Source of the DNA: the human T2T-CHM13v2.0 reference genome, Homo sapiens | Assembly: GCF_009914755.1 (NCBI RefSeq) | Contig: NC_060927.1 | Reading direction: 5' to 3' (one strand) | DNA: 64,000 nucleotides | In this document: one piece after another, positions 30,951 through 44,784 of the stretch | Position numbering within the stretch: the stretch's first letter is position 1 | How the letters are laid out: each line of letters opens with the position of its first letter | The notes under the pieces: generated by a model | Told to the model about the DNA's origin: nothing | Databases searched by the model: none | The model's input: only the letters and a program-made list of their open reading frames with translations | Translations under genes and position numbers: made by a program

Positions 30951-32933
30951 TATACTGATATAGATAAGGTATCATTAAGAAAGAAGTTACCATTATGAAA
31001 TAAAATTATGCCAAAAGAGATCACTGTGAAGCCACAAATGTTCTAGCAAGTTCTAATTTGTCTACTGACAGTCAACAAAAGCACAAATCGTCCTTGGAGA
31101 TCAAAAGGTGAGACAAATTTATATATAAATGATAAATATATACATAAAATCAAGGCCTGAAGTACGATAAAAATCTATGAAGCTATTTTATTTTCATTAA
31201 CTATCAATGTTGCAGGAGAAGAAAATCTTGTAAATTGAAAATCTTCTGACACTTTAAATATCTTCTGGGGCAATCAATGGAAAGAAAAAAGAATAGATCA
31301 GTGAGAACTAGAAATTAAAATTCTATTTAGCTTTTCTGTTAAATGAAAGAAAATTTAATGCTAGCAGCAAAGATAAGGGCAGCAATACTCTGGATTTATG
31401 TGCTACAAAACAATGAACACCAAAAGACTCTAGAATACTTGCAGATAAAGCTGAATTATTTGATAGCGGTTTCAGCCCAATAAAAATAGGAAACCAGGCT
31501 TAATAAATTAACCCAAATATGACAAAGATAGTGTGAATAAAATAAAGCTGACACGGTAGGTCAACTTGTTACTCAATCCTTCAACAAGCATTAACAACAG
31601 CTTAAACTATGTTGAGCACATGAAACTGAATTAATTTGCCATAGAAGGTTTAAACATCCTAAAAGTTATGCCCCTTGTAATATGTCTTTCAAAATGCTGC
31701 TATGAATCAAAGAACCATTCTTAATCTAATCTTCAAATTTCTGTTCTTAGACAAAATCCCTTATGATACTTTAATACTTCATTCTATACCTCATAATGTT
31801 AAAGCTTTTCCATTATAGAATATATCACATAATTAGAAAACAAAATGGCAAATATGAGTAAAATCTTAATGCTTACCTAGAAATCTCAACTCCACTACTA
31901 ATTTCCTATGGTAATTAAAAAATATATATCATAAAATGTAGTGATATACAAACATTGTTATAATGCTTGTAAAACTGTACAAACAATATTTCTTATTCAT
32001 ACTTGCATTCTTGATGAATTGTGACAAAAATTAGAAGTAAATATTTTTATAGAATGTTGGGGACTTTTAATTTACATTAATACATTTGTATGCAGTATAT
32101 ATTAAACCATTTTATAACAGCAGAAAAATAATCTTTATTTGTAAAGCTCAATTGCATCATAAATATAAAATCAAAGGCCTTTTTAAAAGAGGAACTTAGT
32201 CATGCAGTCTGTATTGTTTCCTAGATCTATAATATTTATGAGAGGGTGAATCATGAAATCTCTGGAATATGGAAAAGTCAACACATTTAGTCAACTTCTA
32301 ATATAGAATTCCTTTCTGCCACTTCTTTATTCACATCTTCAAAAAAGTATGCTAACAGAAAAAGATACATTTCTGGCCTGATAGAGAATATATAGTGATA
32401 AATTATCAAATGATCTATTTACATGACTATTTTATTCGGCACAAAATATTCTCAGCAGTTAGAGTTGTTGATGAAAATTTAAGGAAAACATCAGCTTTGC
32501 TGTAATAATATAAGTGATTTAAGAATGACATAAACTCAATAACATAAGAAAATACCCAAATGTATGGTATAATTTTGTTGACAGTAGAATATAAGTTTGC
32601 CAGGGAGATTAATGAGTTGTCAATAATGTAGACCTGGGCAGTTCTGAAGACAAACAGCTTTACTGGCAAGTCTGTTAGGTTCTTTGATCCTTGGCTATGT
32701 TATTTTCAAAACAGAGGTAATAAGACTTTGTAAGACTGCTGATTGGGATTCAACAAATGATGTATATGAAGTACTTGGAACAGTTGATGCTAGTTCCCTT
32801 CTCATTTCTTTTGCATTTTTGATGGCAAATCTTAACTCACAGGTATCAAATGGAAAATAAAAGTTAAGGAAAGTATTAAATCGTGTTGCATTTGCACAAT
32901 AAAACACATTGTGCATATTTCTTACTGAGACTT

Positions 32934-33571
32934 TGAAGGAAACCAGAATATTTTACCCCAAAATATATTTCTTTGGCATATTTTAAGATGCTATTCAGAG
33001 GGGCTACAGACTACAGGAACAGCTTTGAAAAGCTGTCTTTTTGTGGGAGGGTTTACATCTGTATAGAAAATCTACATTAGTAAAGTAAACAGCAGATGCA
33101 AACAGGCTTTCTCTGAAGCCCCCCTTATCTGCCTTACCCAAAACTAAGATTAACTCAAAGAAAAAAAGAGACTAAAATCTAACCATTTTGAAGTTCTAAC
33201 AGAGACATTTTAACACAGGCCACCATCTATACTTTCTGAGGGCAGCTCTGAGTTTACTTGAGAGATTTTTTATAGGCATAACAAGACAGCCCTACCTGCC
33301 ATGCTTTCCTTCCCTCACTGTCCTATTACCTGGGACTCCACCCCCCTTGCACTACGCAGTAGGCAGCCATTCTTTCTATAACCTCAGGATAAGGTATAAA
33401 CTTCAACCATTTGGCCTCTCCTTTGAGCCTCATATTTTGTATGCCTCCCAGGCTTATGCATGTTAATACATTTGTATATCTTTTAATCTGTTAATTGACC
33501 TCTCTATGGTCAATTGATGTCAACAGAATCAGAGATGAACCTTCAGAGAGAGAGGACAATTCTCCTTAACA
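32934..33571 (+). mobile_element. ERV1 solo LTR (MER39/MER34 family)
   Basis: TG...CA ends, starts tgaaggaaaccagaatattttaccccaaaatat; 4-bp TSD actt (32930-32933 and 33572-33575). Confidence 0.8.
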
Positions 33572-33591
33572 ACTTTAAAAATCATTGGTAG

Positions 33592-33930
33592 TGTCTTATT
33601 TGGATTCCCAAGAAGCAGAGTCTAAGATGATTTTGTGTGCAAGTAGTGGGCTGGAGATCTATACCTGTGAAGCGTAAGAAAAGCAGGACATAGTAGAGAG
33701 TGAGGTTAGCCTGTGATAGAATTGAAACAGAGACATCAGCAAATCTGAAGCTGGAATGGACTTTCAGAGATGTCTACCCACTTTTGAGGCAAGGAGCTGG
33801 GACTTTGTACCTCAGCATTGACTAGCCATTGGACACAGGCTGCTATAAGAGAAGGAACGAGCTCAGAGGAGGTAGTTCCCATGAGCTGAAGGCAATGCTT
33901 GTGGAGGAATTTAGCAGGCAAAATTCCTGA
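33592..33930 (-). mobile_element. ERVL LTR fragment (LTR33-like)
   Basis: gattcccaagaagcagagtctaagatg...tgtgcaagtag...gaagctggaatggactttcagagatgtc...agccattggacacaggctgc. Confidence 0.55.
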
Positions 33931-34919
33931 CTGAGCTGGAGGGACTTTAGAGATTCTTGAATCACACAGATTCTTGAATCAATGAATTCTAGCAGAGCAT
34001 GAATTCAGGTGGTATACATGCATTCTATATACCTTTATTTCTGCATAACGTACATCGCCGTCAGAAACCGAAGTTAGTCTTAACTGCAGGAACAATAGCC
34101 CCCTAATTAATTTATATACATCAGATAGCTTTTCACTGTGATCTTCAGAAGATCATTTTCCTTAATAAGTGAGATGACACGTAAATATGTAAAACATATT
34201 TTTCTCAGAAATGTGAAAAACATTTTAGATATGATAATGCTCTTGCTTATTCAAGTTTTTTTTGTAGTATATAATAGACTATGCCTCAAGGCATATAATC
34301 ACACAATATTCAAATATCAAATAATGATATTTTACCTGTTAGGCAATCCTTAAATGACTGCTAAAAATTAATCCCATATGCATTATTTTATTTGCATCCT
34401 GAAAATACTAAAGTACCTGTTTGGATAAATTTAGGTAAAAATCTCTATTGTTATTTCTTTCTTGACATACCATATTTAATTATTTTCCATTTGAAATCTA
34501 AATTGTGGTGAAAAGTTTGTGAAGATGAAAGTTCAAAGCAATCATTTTGCAATTGTGCATGTTTAAGGAGAAGAATGAAAGAATTCCCATATCTTTTTCT
34601 AAATAACCTAAAAAGGATGATGTGCTTACTAAGAATTTACAGGATCTATTATTTGTACAAATCAACATTTTTAGCTTGGTTTCTGTGTAGGTAAACAAAT
34701 GACCACTAATAACTGTGTAAGGCTTGTAATTGGGTTCATTTCTTATTCCCAATAAGCCTGCAAAGGCACATTTTAATAGTGGGGATATGGGGGATAGGTA
34801 AAAGAAATAATATGTTTCTATATTAAGGTAAAGCACTAATTCGCTTGTGAAATTTATGGCATATAACTAGGCCCACCTATAGTTATAAGTGAGCACTCCT
34901 TTTTACACACTATAGGTAA

Positions 34920-35257
<338 letters not shown>

Positions 35258-35544
35258 AAAAGGAACACTTTTTAAAGGGAATTGAGAAAGAAAAAAGGGC
35301 AGAGGGCTAGGTTATCATCTACAATTTGCCCAAAGGGACTTTTTTTTTTTTTTTTGAGTGAAACCACTTATAGTTTTTCTTCCTGGAAAAAGTCATCTCA
35401 AGTGGATAAATTGTTTCCCCTCTGTTGTATAATGCTTTAATTACAACACCCTTTCACCTGATAATCATCAGAAAAGTATGATATAGCCATAGGACCTCAT
35501 GTGGCTGTGTTATGGGAAACAAAGTGTCCGGATAATTTTTATTT

Positions 35545-36069
35545 AAAAGCAGGATAGTTCGATGCTAAAAAAGGAATGAGCTATCAAGGCATAAAAAGAC
35601 ACAGAGAAAAGTTACATGCATATTACTAAGTGAAAGAAGCCAATATAAAAAGGCTACATAGTATGTAATTCAAACTTTATGATATTCTGAAAAAGTCAAA
35701 ACCATGGGGACCATAAAAAGATCAGTGGTTATGAGGGAGGGAAAGATGAATAGGCAGAGCACAGAGGACTTTTAGGGCAGCAAAACTATTCTGTATGATG
35801 TTGTGATGTTGGATACATGTCATTACACATTTTGTAAACCCACAGAATGTACAACACCAATGGTAAACACTCATGTAAACTATAGACTTTGGGTGATAGT
35901 GATGTGTTGATGTAGGTTAATCAGTTGTAACAAATGTAGCACTGTTGTGCATGGTGTTGATAGTGCGGAAGGCTGTGTGTGAAGGAGGGGATATATGGGA
36001 ACTTTACTTTCCACTCAGTTATGCTTGAACACGAAACTATTCTTTAAAAATAGTCTATTAAGAAAAAAA
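35545..36069 (+). mobile_element. L1MC1-like 3' end
   Basis: catattactaagtgaaagaagccaat...ttttagggcagcaaaactattctgtatgat...aaaatagtctattaagaaaaaaa. Confidence 0.8.
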
Positions 36070-37189
36070 GCCGAGTAGTTTGGTCTTTGTCAAGCACCGG
36101 TCTGATGGCTGTGGAAAGATGACAGTTTACTATGCTAGGAATCTTATGGGAGCTGATCAGTTGCAAAATAATGTGTGGCCTGGCAGGGGGCTGGATAAGG
36201 CAAAAAATACTCAGCAAAATCATGTGGGAAAATATTTTTATTTGTATTCCCACTTACAAATACCTACTGATGGCAGTTGGCAGTATTTAAGAAACTCTTT
36301 ATCCTACTAAATGTTAGGGTTTGAAATAAATTAGGTTTGCTTTCATAACTCTGAGATTTAGTACAGGAATATAGCATTTCTCCTAATGCTTAAGAAGTTG
36401 ATTAAATCTTTACACCATTATTTCCATCTAGTTTCCAGCAAATATTACTGGTCTTTCTTAGGAGGAGACCCCAGAACTCAGCTTTATTGAAATTTGAACC
36501 ACACTGAATTCTTGGCAACTCTTGCCTCAACACAACCCAATCCCACAGGCCAGGGTCCTTAGAAACTTAAATTAACTATTAAGGATTACTACAGAATTTT
36601 CTGACCTACTTCAAGTATCATCACTTTCTATTGATTCCTGCTCTTACATTCATACACCAGATCAAATATCTTTGAAAACAGATGGAGCCCAGATTAAGGC
36701 CAAATTCATCATACCCTCTCAGATAATGTGATTGACACTTTTGGCTCCAGGATCTCCCCTAATTCCTAGTCACCAAGACTTGGCCCTGATCCTACCATTC
36801 TTGACTTTTCTCATCCACATGTCCACCATCCTCTGAAGTATAATTTCAGACCAAACCAATATGACCTAAGATGACCAAGTATTCCCAGTAACCATGGTTG
36901 TTTTTCGTGGCCTACATCATGTTACTAATATTAGTAATGAGAGGTCACTGAAAATGTTCTTACTAACATGACGATACTTAAAACGTCTTGGGGAAAAAAT
37001 CTGAATAGGAAATCCAGCAACAAATATTTTGTTGAATAGTATATTAATCAAAGAATTTGAGGAATATATTAAAATTTTAATTTTTAAATGTTCTCCTAAA
37101 TGATTTCTCTGTTTGAATGAAGAAAGGCATAGTTTGTACAGAATATTCACTTTGGGAAACAGCCTTTCAAAGTACAGATACTTAAGTGA

Positions 37190-37370
37190 GTAAGACCAGG
37201 GTTTCATTGCAAGTTCAACTATTTAATAGCTGTGTGACCTTCAGCATAGTATTAACTGATGTTATCCTCAATGTCCACATCTATAAAAGGAATATAACAA
37301 GATCACTTTGGTTGGTTATGAGGAAAAATTGAATAATAAAATGTATATAAAGCCTTTAATAAAGTGCTAA
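37190..37370 (+). mobile_element. MIR
   Basis: atttaatagctgtgtgaccttcagc...cctcaatgtccacatctataaaaggaatataac. Confidence 0.65.
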
Positions 37371-37766
37371 CCTCTAACTGTACTGATATGATTGTTTAAA
37401 AATACTGAACTTGAGTAAACTCATACCTACTATCGTGGTTTGAAAATCTTTGGCTATTCTAAATTATGCTTGGGACTAACTCTGATTTGGGTTTCTAAAC
37501 AAGATGTATCTTTTGTTCTAGTTTTGTTCTATAATGTTGTTTATTACTTCTCCAAAAGAGGTTTGTGACTATCAAGATAGGTGAAGTATAACGCCAAAGC
37601 TTATGCTATCATAACCAATACAAACTTAAAGAAAACAACTTGGAATTGAATCGTGCTGTACTTGAGGTGGTTTCACCTAGAAGTTAACAATAAGGAGTAG
37701 ATTTTTCTTAAGAAGTCTAAGTAGAGACTGAAATATACATTTTAAAATCATGACTTACTTTGCTAG

Positions 37767-38462
37767 TGATAGCGGTAGGAAGCAGACAAATGCCTAGGCA
37801 GATAGGGGCAGGCCCCTGGTGAAACCCCACCTCCAAGCCAAAGACAGCTTAAAGCCTGAAAGCCAAGCTACAAGTCAAATCCATGGACTGGACTGAGAAT
37901 CTGTCTTCCCATCTGGTGTGCTTTCCTCTGATTGATCCCCACCCTTTACCTATTTTACAAATACCAACCCTTTGCTAATTGGTTTTCTACACTTCTATGC
38001 CCACCTTTGAGTGATGCCTTTGCTTTAGCCTTTCCTTGCACACTCACAAATATATCAGCATGTACTCTCCTATTCTGAGCCCATAAAAGCCCTAGACTCA
38101 GCCATACTGGGGGAGAAACTACCCAACTGTGGGGGTGGAGGACCACCCACGCATCCCCTCTCCACTGAGAGGTGTTCCATTGCTCAATAAATTATTCTCT
38201 ACCCTTCTCACTCTTCGTTTGTCAGCATATCCTCATTCTTCTTAGACATGTGACAAGGGCTCAGGACCCACCAATCATGGGTACAGAGAAGGCTGTAACA
38301 TTGTGGCCCTCTGCCCTCTAATAAGCAGAGGGCAGCCAGCCCACATGACAGAAACAGCAGTGGGGCAGAGCCAGCCCCAAAGCCGTGGGCCGAGGCAGAG
38401 CAAGGACATTGCTGGCCAGGTGTTTCTGGCTGGCAAAAGTGATCAAGAAATGTCCTGTGTCA
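37767..38462 (+). mobile_element. ERV1 solo LTR (MER50/LTR27-like)
   Basis: TG...CA termini with perfect 4-bp TSD ctag (37763-37766 and 38463-38466); cataaaa TATA-like box at ~38082 and aataaa at ~38186. Confidence 0.8.
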
Positions 38463-39094
38463 CTAGGTTTATCTTATGCCTATAGAATTTAATAGTTCTC
38501 AATTACTTTCTGACCACAATTTTTGTTTCTTATATCTCTTTGACAAATAACATCTATAATTAACTAAACGTCATACATTTGAAAGAAATAAAAAATCCTT
38601 TCCAATAGAATACTACAGTTCATTCATACTAAAATCAAATAAATGAAAACCACATAAAGCAATGCAGAAGCAATTTCTACTTTAAGAATGTACTTTTATT
38701 TTTCTTCTCATCATTTGGCCACCTTGAAGCAAACTACAAAATTATATTAAAAATCTTTATGATGTCAAATATAGGAAGAGATTGACATTCATTCACATTT
38801 TTAAATGTCAGTATAATTTAGATGAATTATATTTATCAAACATGAAACATCTGATCACAATATAATATTGTAACTCAAGTTGCAGTGAGTTAGCTCTCTA
38901 AAGTCTCCTCTGTACGGGCCCACCCTCCTCTCTTCATGTCTCTATATTTTCTAATAACTTTCCATTTCTTCCCAAAGATATTTTTGTGCTATTTGAAAAA
39001 TCTATTCACTCATAAATTCAACACATACTTTTAAAAAGTAGTCTAAAGTTATTAAATAAACCATAAATTTTCACTAGGAAACTCAAAAGTCTGT

Positions 39095-39193
39095 ACTAAC
39101 AGATCATAGTTTATTGATTAAAACACCTATTTGAAAAGATATGCATTATTTCAAACCAATTGCAGTGTTACCAACCAATTGAATCCTGAATAT
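39095..39193 (-). other. Candidate alternative terminal exon (adds DIQDSIGW-stop, then AATAAA)
   Basis: Minus strand ttttgttttttatttttttattcctgcAG|ATATTCAGG with AG at 39195-39194. In frame with the upstream exon it gives TAA at 39170-39168. AATAAA lies at 39115-39110, followed by CA and a U-rich tract. The 3' end is approximate and there is no transcript evidence. Confidence 0.35.
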
Positions 39194-39548
39194 CTGCAGG
39201 AATAAAAAAATAAAAAACAAAAACCCACTGTCCTATACACTGTAAAAGGATGTCTATTTCCACACATAACTATACTGAAGGCACACATCAAGAAACTCTA
39301 AAACTCTAACAACTCAAAAATAGTAAATTTTCTGCAGGTCACAACCCTAATACAATTAAGTATGCAAAATTTCTCCTTCACTCTCAAAGAGAAATGATGT
39401 ATTTTAATGTACTCTGCTGATAAAAATTTTAAGTAATATTTTTCCTGGTTTAAAAAAATAGTTCATTCTTTTATCCTCACATCTGCAGGTACACAAATAA
39501 CTTAAATTGATGATGTAAAATTGAGAAAATATTTTTAGAAAAGCTTAC

Positions 39549-39767
39549 CATTGTCATTTTTCAGCGTCCCATTGCTGAGTTGTTTTAATCTCTTTTGATG
39601 TGATTTGCCATTGTAGTGGATTTGTGCTTGAGCGGCTGAATTCAGCTGAATGTTACATACATTGCACAAAGTAAAGTTGGTATGTTTCTTTTCTCTTTCT
39701 GGTTTTTCTTCAAAGTCATCAGGTATTAATTCAGCCTCACTCTCGCCATCGTGTACACAGGTGAAAT
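39549..39767 (-). CDS. ZNF385D: Internal coding exon (219 nt, phase 1-1) encoding a matrin/U1-type C2H2 zinc finger; probable upstream exon of a long ZNF385D isoform
   Basis: Minus-strand acceptor ttttccttgcaccctcAG|ATTTC (AG at 39769-39768) and donor AATG|GTAAGC (GT at 39548-39547). The open frame reads (D)FTCVHDGESEAELIPDDFEEKPEREKKHTNFTLCNVCNIQLNSAAQAQIHYNGKSHQKRLKQLSNGTLKNDN. The C-x2-C-x12-H-x5-H motif closely resembles the first finger of ZNF385B/ZNF385C (CxVCNIQLNSAAQAQVH..GK/RxH) but matches neither as I recall them. The huge AT-rich intron context fits ZNF385D. Confidence 0.85.
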
Positions 39768-39984
39768 CTGAGGGTGCAAGGAAAATTATGAACAAGCAGA
39801 TCAAGATTTTTAGATTACTGCATATTTATTAAATTGGGTGGCAAATAAGGATTGTTCTACACACAAGAATTAAAAATTTCTATGTACTCTCATTTTAATA
39901 GATTGCTTTCACACTATGCTAAAGTAGACAATCTCTTTAATGGAATATAAATGGCAAATGTTTAACTTTTTATCTATTCCCAAT

Positions 39985-40170
39985 ACTGTGCTATATGTTT
40001 TTATTACTTCATTTAATTATCATAACAATGTAATAAGCACTATAGTATTCCCTTTTTTATAGCTGAGGAAACTAAGTTTTAGAATGATTAAACAACTTGT
40101 CTAAGGTCACACAGCTAACAAGTGGTATAGCTGTGATAAGCATTCAGTTTATCTCTAAATCCAAAGTTTT
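39985..40170 (-). mobile_element. MIR
   Basis: ttttatagctgaggaaactaagttttagaatgattaaacaacttgtctaaggtcacacagctaacaagtgg. Confidence 0.75.
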
Positions 40171-40530
40171 TAATCATCATGTTCTCTAGTATGTAATAAT
40201 GAATTAGATTATTTTGTTTTAATTCAACTAAATAAAGTTCTTATATTCCTTACTAGTTAAGTAAAGTGACTTACATCTGGATGGACACATTCTACACATG
40301 CAAAGATACTAACACTCTTTCAATACCCCAAATTTTATATTTTATACCTGACACACAAGAGAGGCTTTGAATACCCAAGATAGCCTTATAATCAGGGTAC
40401 AAAAAAAGTGTGACTGAATTATGGCTTACATTGGAAAGCATTACTTCTGGATAAATGTACGCTTTGTATACTAAAACCAAAGAGAAAAGGTCAACCCATA
40501 ATTTCAGTATCTCTGGCCTTAATATGACAT

Positions 40531-40682
40531 TTATTTCTTTATTTGAGACAGGGTTTCACTCTGTCACTTAAGCTGGAGTGCAGTGGCATGATCTTGGCTC
40601 AGCACAGCCTTGACCTCCTGGGCTCAAGCAGTCCCCCCACTTTAGCCTACTAAGTAGCTGGAACTACAGGTGTGTGCCACCA
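40531..40682 (-). mobile_element. Alu right monomer (AluJ/FRAM-like)
   Basis: gagacagggtttcactctgtcac...cagccttgacctcctgggctcaagcagtcc...gtgccacca. Confidence 0.85.
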
Positions 40683-42327
40683 ATTATTGTCCAGTAAGAT
40701 GGCAATAATTAGAGTAACTATTGTAATCTATATTTAACATCCATTCATAAGTAATTTAAAATAATAATACCTCATTTCTAAGTTTTCTCTACTTCCACTA
40801 CCCAAGCCTCTCTAGCACACTATGGTCCAGATAGGAGTTCTCCATTCCAATTCTCCCAGTTCTTTAAGGAGTTATTTTAAAGTATTTGAAAAATATTAGC
40901 AGAGAAAAACAGTCATGATTTTAATGTGCATTTATGAGCTGACTGCTATGTGACAGCGTCCTCCTAGGTTCTGGAGTTAAACTGACAAGCATCACAAAAG
41001 TGGTCCTTGCAATTATACAAACTTAATGATACAAAAGCCATGGACTTTGGAATCAGGTAAATGAGATAACAAATGCTGAAATGTTTTTAACAACATGTAA
41101 GTATTATCAGTTTGCCAATAAAATTTTAAAGAAAATCAAACTAGTGAACTCCACCAAAAATGGCTAATACTTGAATCTATTTATGGGTATTGAAGTCACT
41201 ATCCAAATTCCAAAATGAGTAAAAGGTTGGTCAGTACATAACGCATGCTTTCTTTGTGAACTAATTCATTTAAAATATATTAACTTCCTTTTAAAAAGGA
41301 AACTCTATCTCTCTTACTCAGATAACCTTGTTAAAATAATTTAAATATGCAATTTAAATGGTCATTTTAAAAGAAAATTTATAGACTTTGTAAAATGATT
41401 AATTTTAATCAAAGGAAAATATGTAAGCATATCAGCTTTCCTTATTTTATATAAATAAAAAAATGTAAGTATCTATCCAGGTTATAATCAGAACATTTCA
41501 AAACTTCTTTTGTCTAGAGTTGATTTATGCTTTTAAATCTTTTATCTCAAATATTGTTAAGTAGTAAAATGATTAAGTAAATGATGGTGTGCTAAAATCA
41601 CAATATGCATAGCCATTAAAAGCATATCAGGAAAGTTTTATAATATGGGAAAATATTTTGTGTATAAGTAAAAACCAAAAATAAGATGTAAATTTACGTA
41701 GAGTATATTTACTACCATATGAAGCACAAACTTGACTTAGAAAAAGTATTAGAATTATTTCATTCTGAGTGGCAAGATTAGAGTTGGCTTGGTTTCCTTT
41801 AGCATTTCTGTATTTAAAAAATTGCACATGATGACCATTTATTATGGAAAAAATAAATCAATAAATTTCAAAGAAATAAGCCAAAGAACTTATTTCCTCC
41901 AGCGTGAACAGCTTAGGTTTGCCAGAATTAGGCAATGCTACAGAGATAGTCACAGTAGGTGTGCCCTTGTAACACATCATTTTTGCTAAATGTATGCATA
42001 TATTTGGAAGAAAATATTTTCTTATTTGATTCACATTTCCATCTTGACCCACAAAATAAGAACATGTGCTAACAATTTAGCAGGGGAAAATATTGGAGAA
42101 TTTTCTTTCAAGCCTCTGAGATTTATTTGCTTACACATGAGAAATTCCCTGCTCACCTGAGAAAATAAAGACTATATTATCAGACAATGTCAACAATTAA
42201 TTTTGTACTAAGTTGCAAAAATGACAACTTTAAAAGGAAATAGAAAATATGTGGTATTGACACTAAGGAAAAAAGAGAACCTCAAATTATTGTGGCTGGG
42301 GTAGGACATCATAAAACATTTACAGAT

Positions 42328-42740
<413 letters not shown>

Positions 42741-43374
42741 TTAAATGGAAATTTGACATATTTGAGTTCCACTGAGAAAAAGTTCAGCAGTCATACATAA
42801 ACGTTAGGTGACTGTCTTGGAACCCAAAATAATTTATCAATTTGTCCACTTTTTTCCCTCCTAACCTTCACCCCTCAGAACCATTAAGACACTGGAAAGA
42901 TGTCTGGCTTAATACAGTAATGTAGGTATAGACAGCACTATTTAACATGTTCAAGAACTGGAATTATCCTGAGAGTAATTATCAAAGGAATGAGGTGTTT
43001 GTTTGTGTGAGTGTGTTTTAATTTTCTAGATGTGGATACTGATTTACTCTTGCAGACTCACAGGAATAATTAAAATGTGGCACACATAAGATGACTCATT
43101 TTTAGTAAGCTATATTAAAAAATGTATGTGAGTTAATTTGAGAAAAAATAAAAGTAGAAACAATATTTTTCTGGGATGCAATGTGGTTCTTGCAGTTGAT
43201 TTATTTAGTGCACTGTTCTGACATAAGCTGAAATGTCACCACCTTTGCCAAAGGACCAGCTGTTGGTATCAAGACTGCCCTGAGAAGTGCTCATCTTCTC
43301 TAACCCACGCCACCCCTGGCATGGGTCTCTGCTGGACCCTACAATTCGTGTAACCTAATTAAGAATCAAAAGTT

Positions 43375-44205
43375 GTAGACACAGAAGCCAACTGAAAAAA
43401 CTCCGAAGAAACAAAGCTGGAGCAACTTGAGCAATAATCAAAGCAACATATTATTGGATTAATACCTAAAGTATAAATTTCAATGAGTATATACTGATAT
43501 AAATATAAATGAAGGAGATAGATACCAAACTCTCATTTAGAAGTATTCCAAATAACTTAAATAGACATCCTCCATTCAAAGCGGGATAGGGCACAACACT
43601 CTTCTTCCTCTTTAAGTATAGGTTATGCTTAGTGACTTGCATCTAAACAGTGTGGTACAGAAAGAGGAGAAAAGTAGCTTTATAGTGAAGAAACCTGACA
43701 AATAATACTTCAGCCACATCAAGTTTCACATCAACAGTGACAGGTCACATTGATAGCAAGAATCCTTAATATGACGTGCTAACAATGGTATTTCACCTCT
43801 GTGATCTTCCTTACAGAAATAATAGACAAACACAAACTAAGGAACAGTATACAAAATACCTGACCAATATGCAAAACTGTCAAGGTCATCAAAACTAGGG
43901 GAAGTCTGAGAAATTGTTACAGCCCAGTGGAGCCTAAAGAAATACTAAAACTAAATGAAATGTGGTATCCTGGATGGGGCCTTGAAATAAAACATGGACA
44001 TCGGAGGAAAAATTAATGAAATCCAAATAAAACGTAGAGTATCATTAATAATAATGTATTATTAGTTCGTTAGTTGTAATAAATGTACCGTATTTACAAA
44101 AGATATCGACAATAGAGAAAATTGGATGGGAGGTCTATGGGAACTCTACCAATTTGGCAACTTTTCTGCAACTCTAAGACAATTATACAGTAAAAGTTTT
44201 ATTTA
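43375..44205 (+). mobile_element. Old L1 3' UTR (L1MC3/L1MC4-like)
   Basis: aaagctggagcaacttgagcaataa...aaaactgtcaaggtcatcaaaac...tgtggtatcctggatggggccttgaa...caacttttctgcaactctaa. Confidence 0.7.
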
Positions 44206-44742
44206 ATATTTTTTAAAATTTGGAAAACAGAGCAGAGACCATTTTCTCTCCTTGACAATAAAACAGGAACCTCTTGAGAACTTGTGTGCTCTGGGAAAGA
44301 ACTGAGAAAGAAACTTCTGTTCTCTTTATCCCTTGCTCATTCATCTCACGGTAGAAATAAATTATGTGATTTGAAGAATGAGGGAAACATTCACTGCTTC
44401 ATGTGCGGTCCACCATCGGATGGCTCTTTATCTCAAATTTGCCTGAAATGACCTTCTCCTATCTTCTTGCTTGCCGTATACAAACTTACAATGGAAAGGC
44501 TCCCCAGCCCTCTGTGAAAAGCTCAGAATTCTCCTGCCTGTGACTAGGTAGGTAAATTCAATTCAGAAAAGAAACGGTTGAGGGTTGAAAAATCCAATAT
44601 GGAACACAGTTGTAAGTCATTTTATCTAATTCAAATTTTCCTTCTGAATAACTGGGCTACCAACCCACTAACAAAAAATCTAATACACCTCAACTGATTC
44701 CTTCTATTTATTATCAGTTTCAATTAAGATTATAAGCCATTT

Positions 44743-44747
44743 ACACA

Positions 44748-44781
<34 letters not shown>
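44743..44781. repeat. (CA)n microsatellite
   Basis: Directly visible. Confidence 0.95.

Positions 44782-44784
<3 letters not shown>

Noticed and set aside
39768-39804. N-terminal MICLFIIFLAPS of the 89-aa ORF as a signal peptide or start
   Set aside because: It is the translated polypyrimidine tract and acceptor of the intron and begins at a non-ATG codon.
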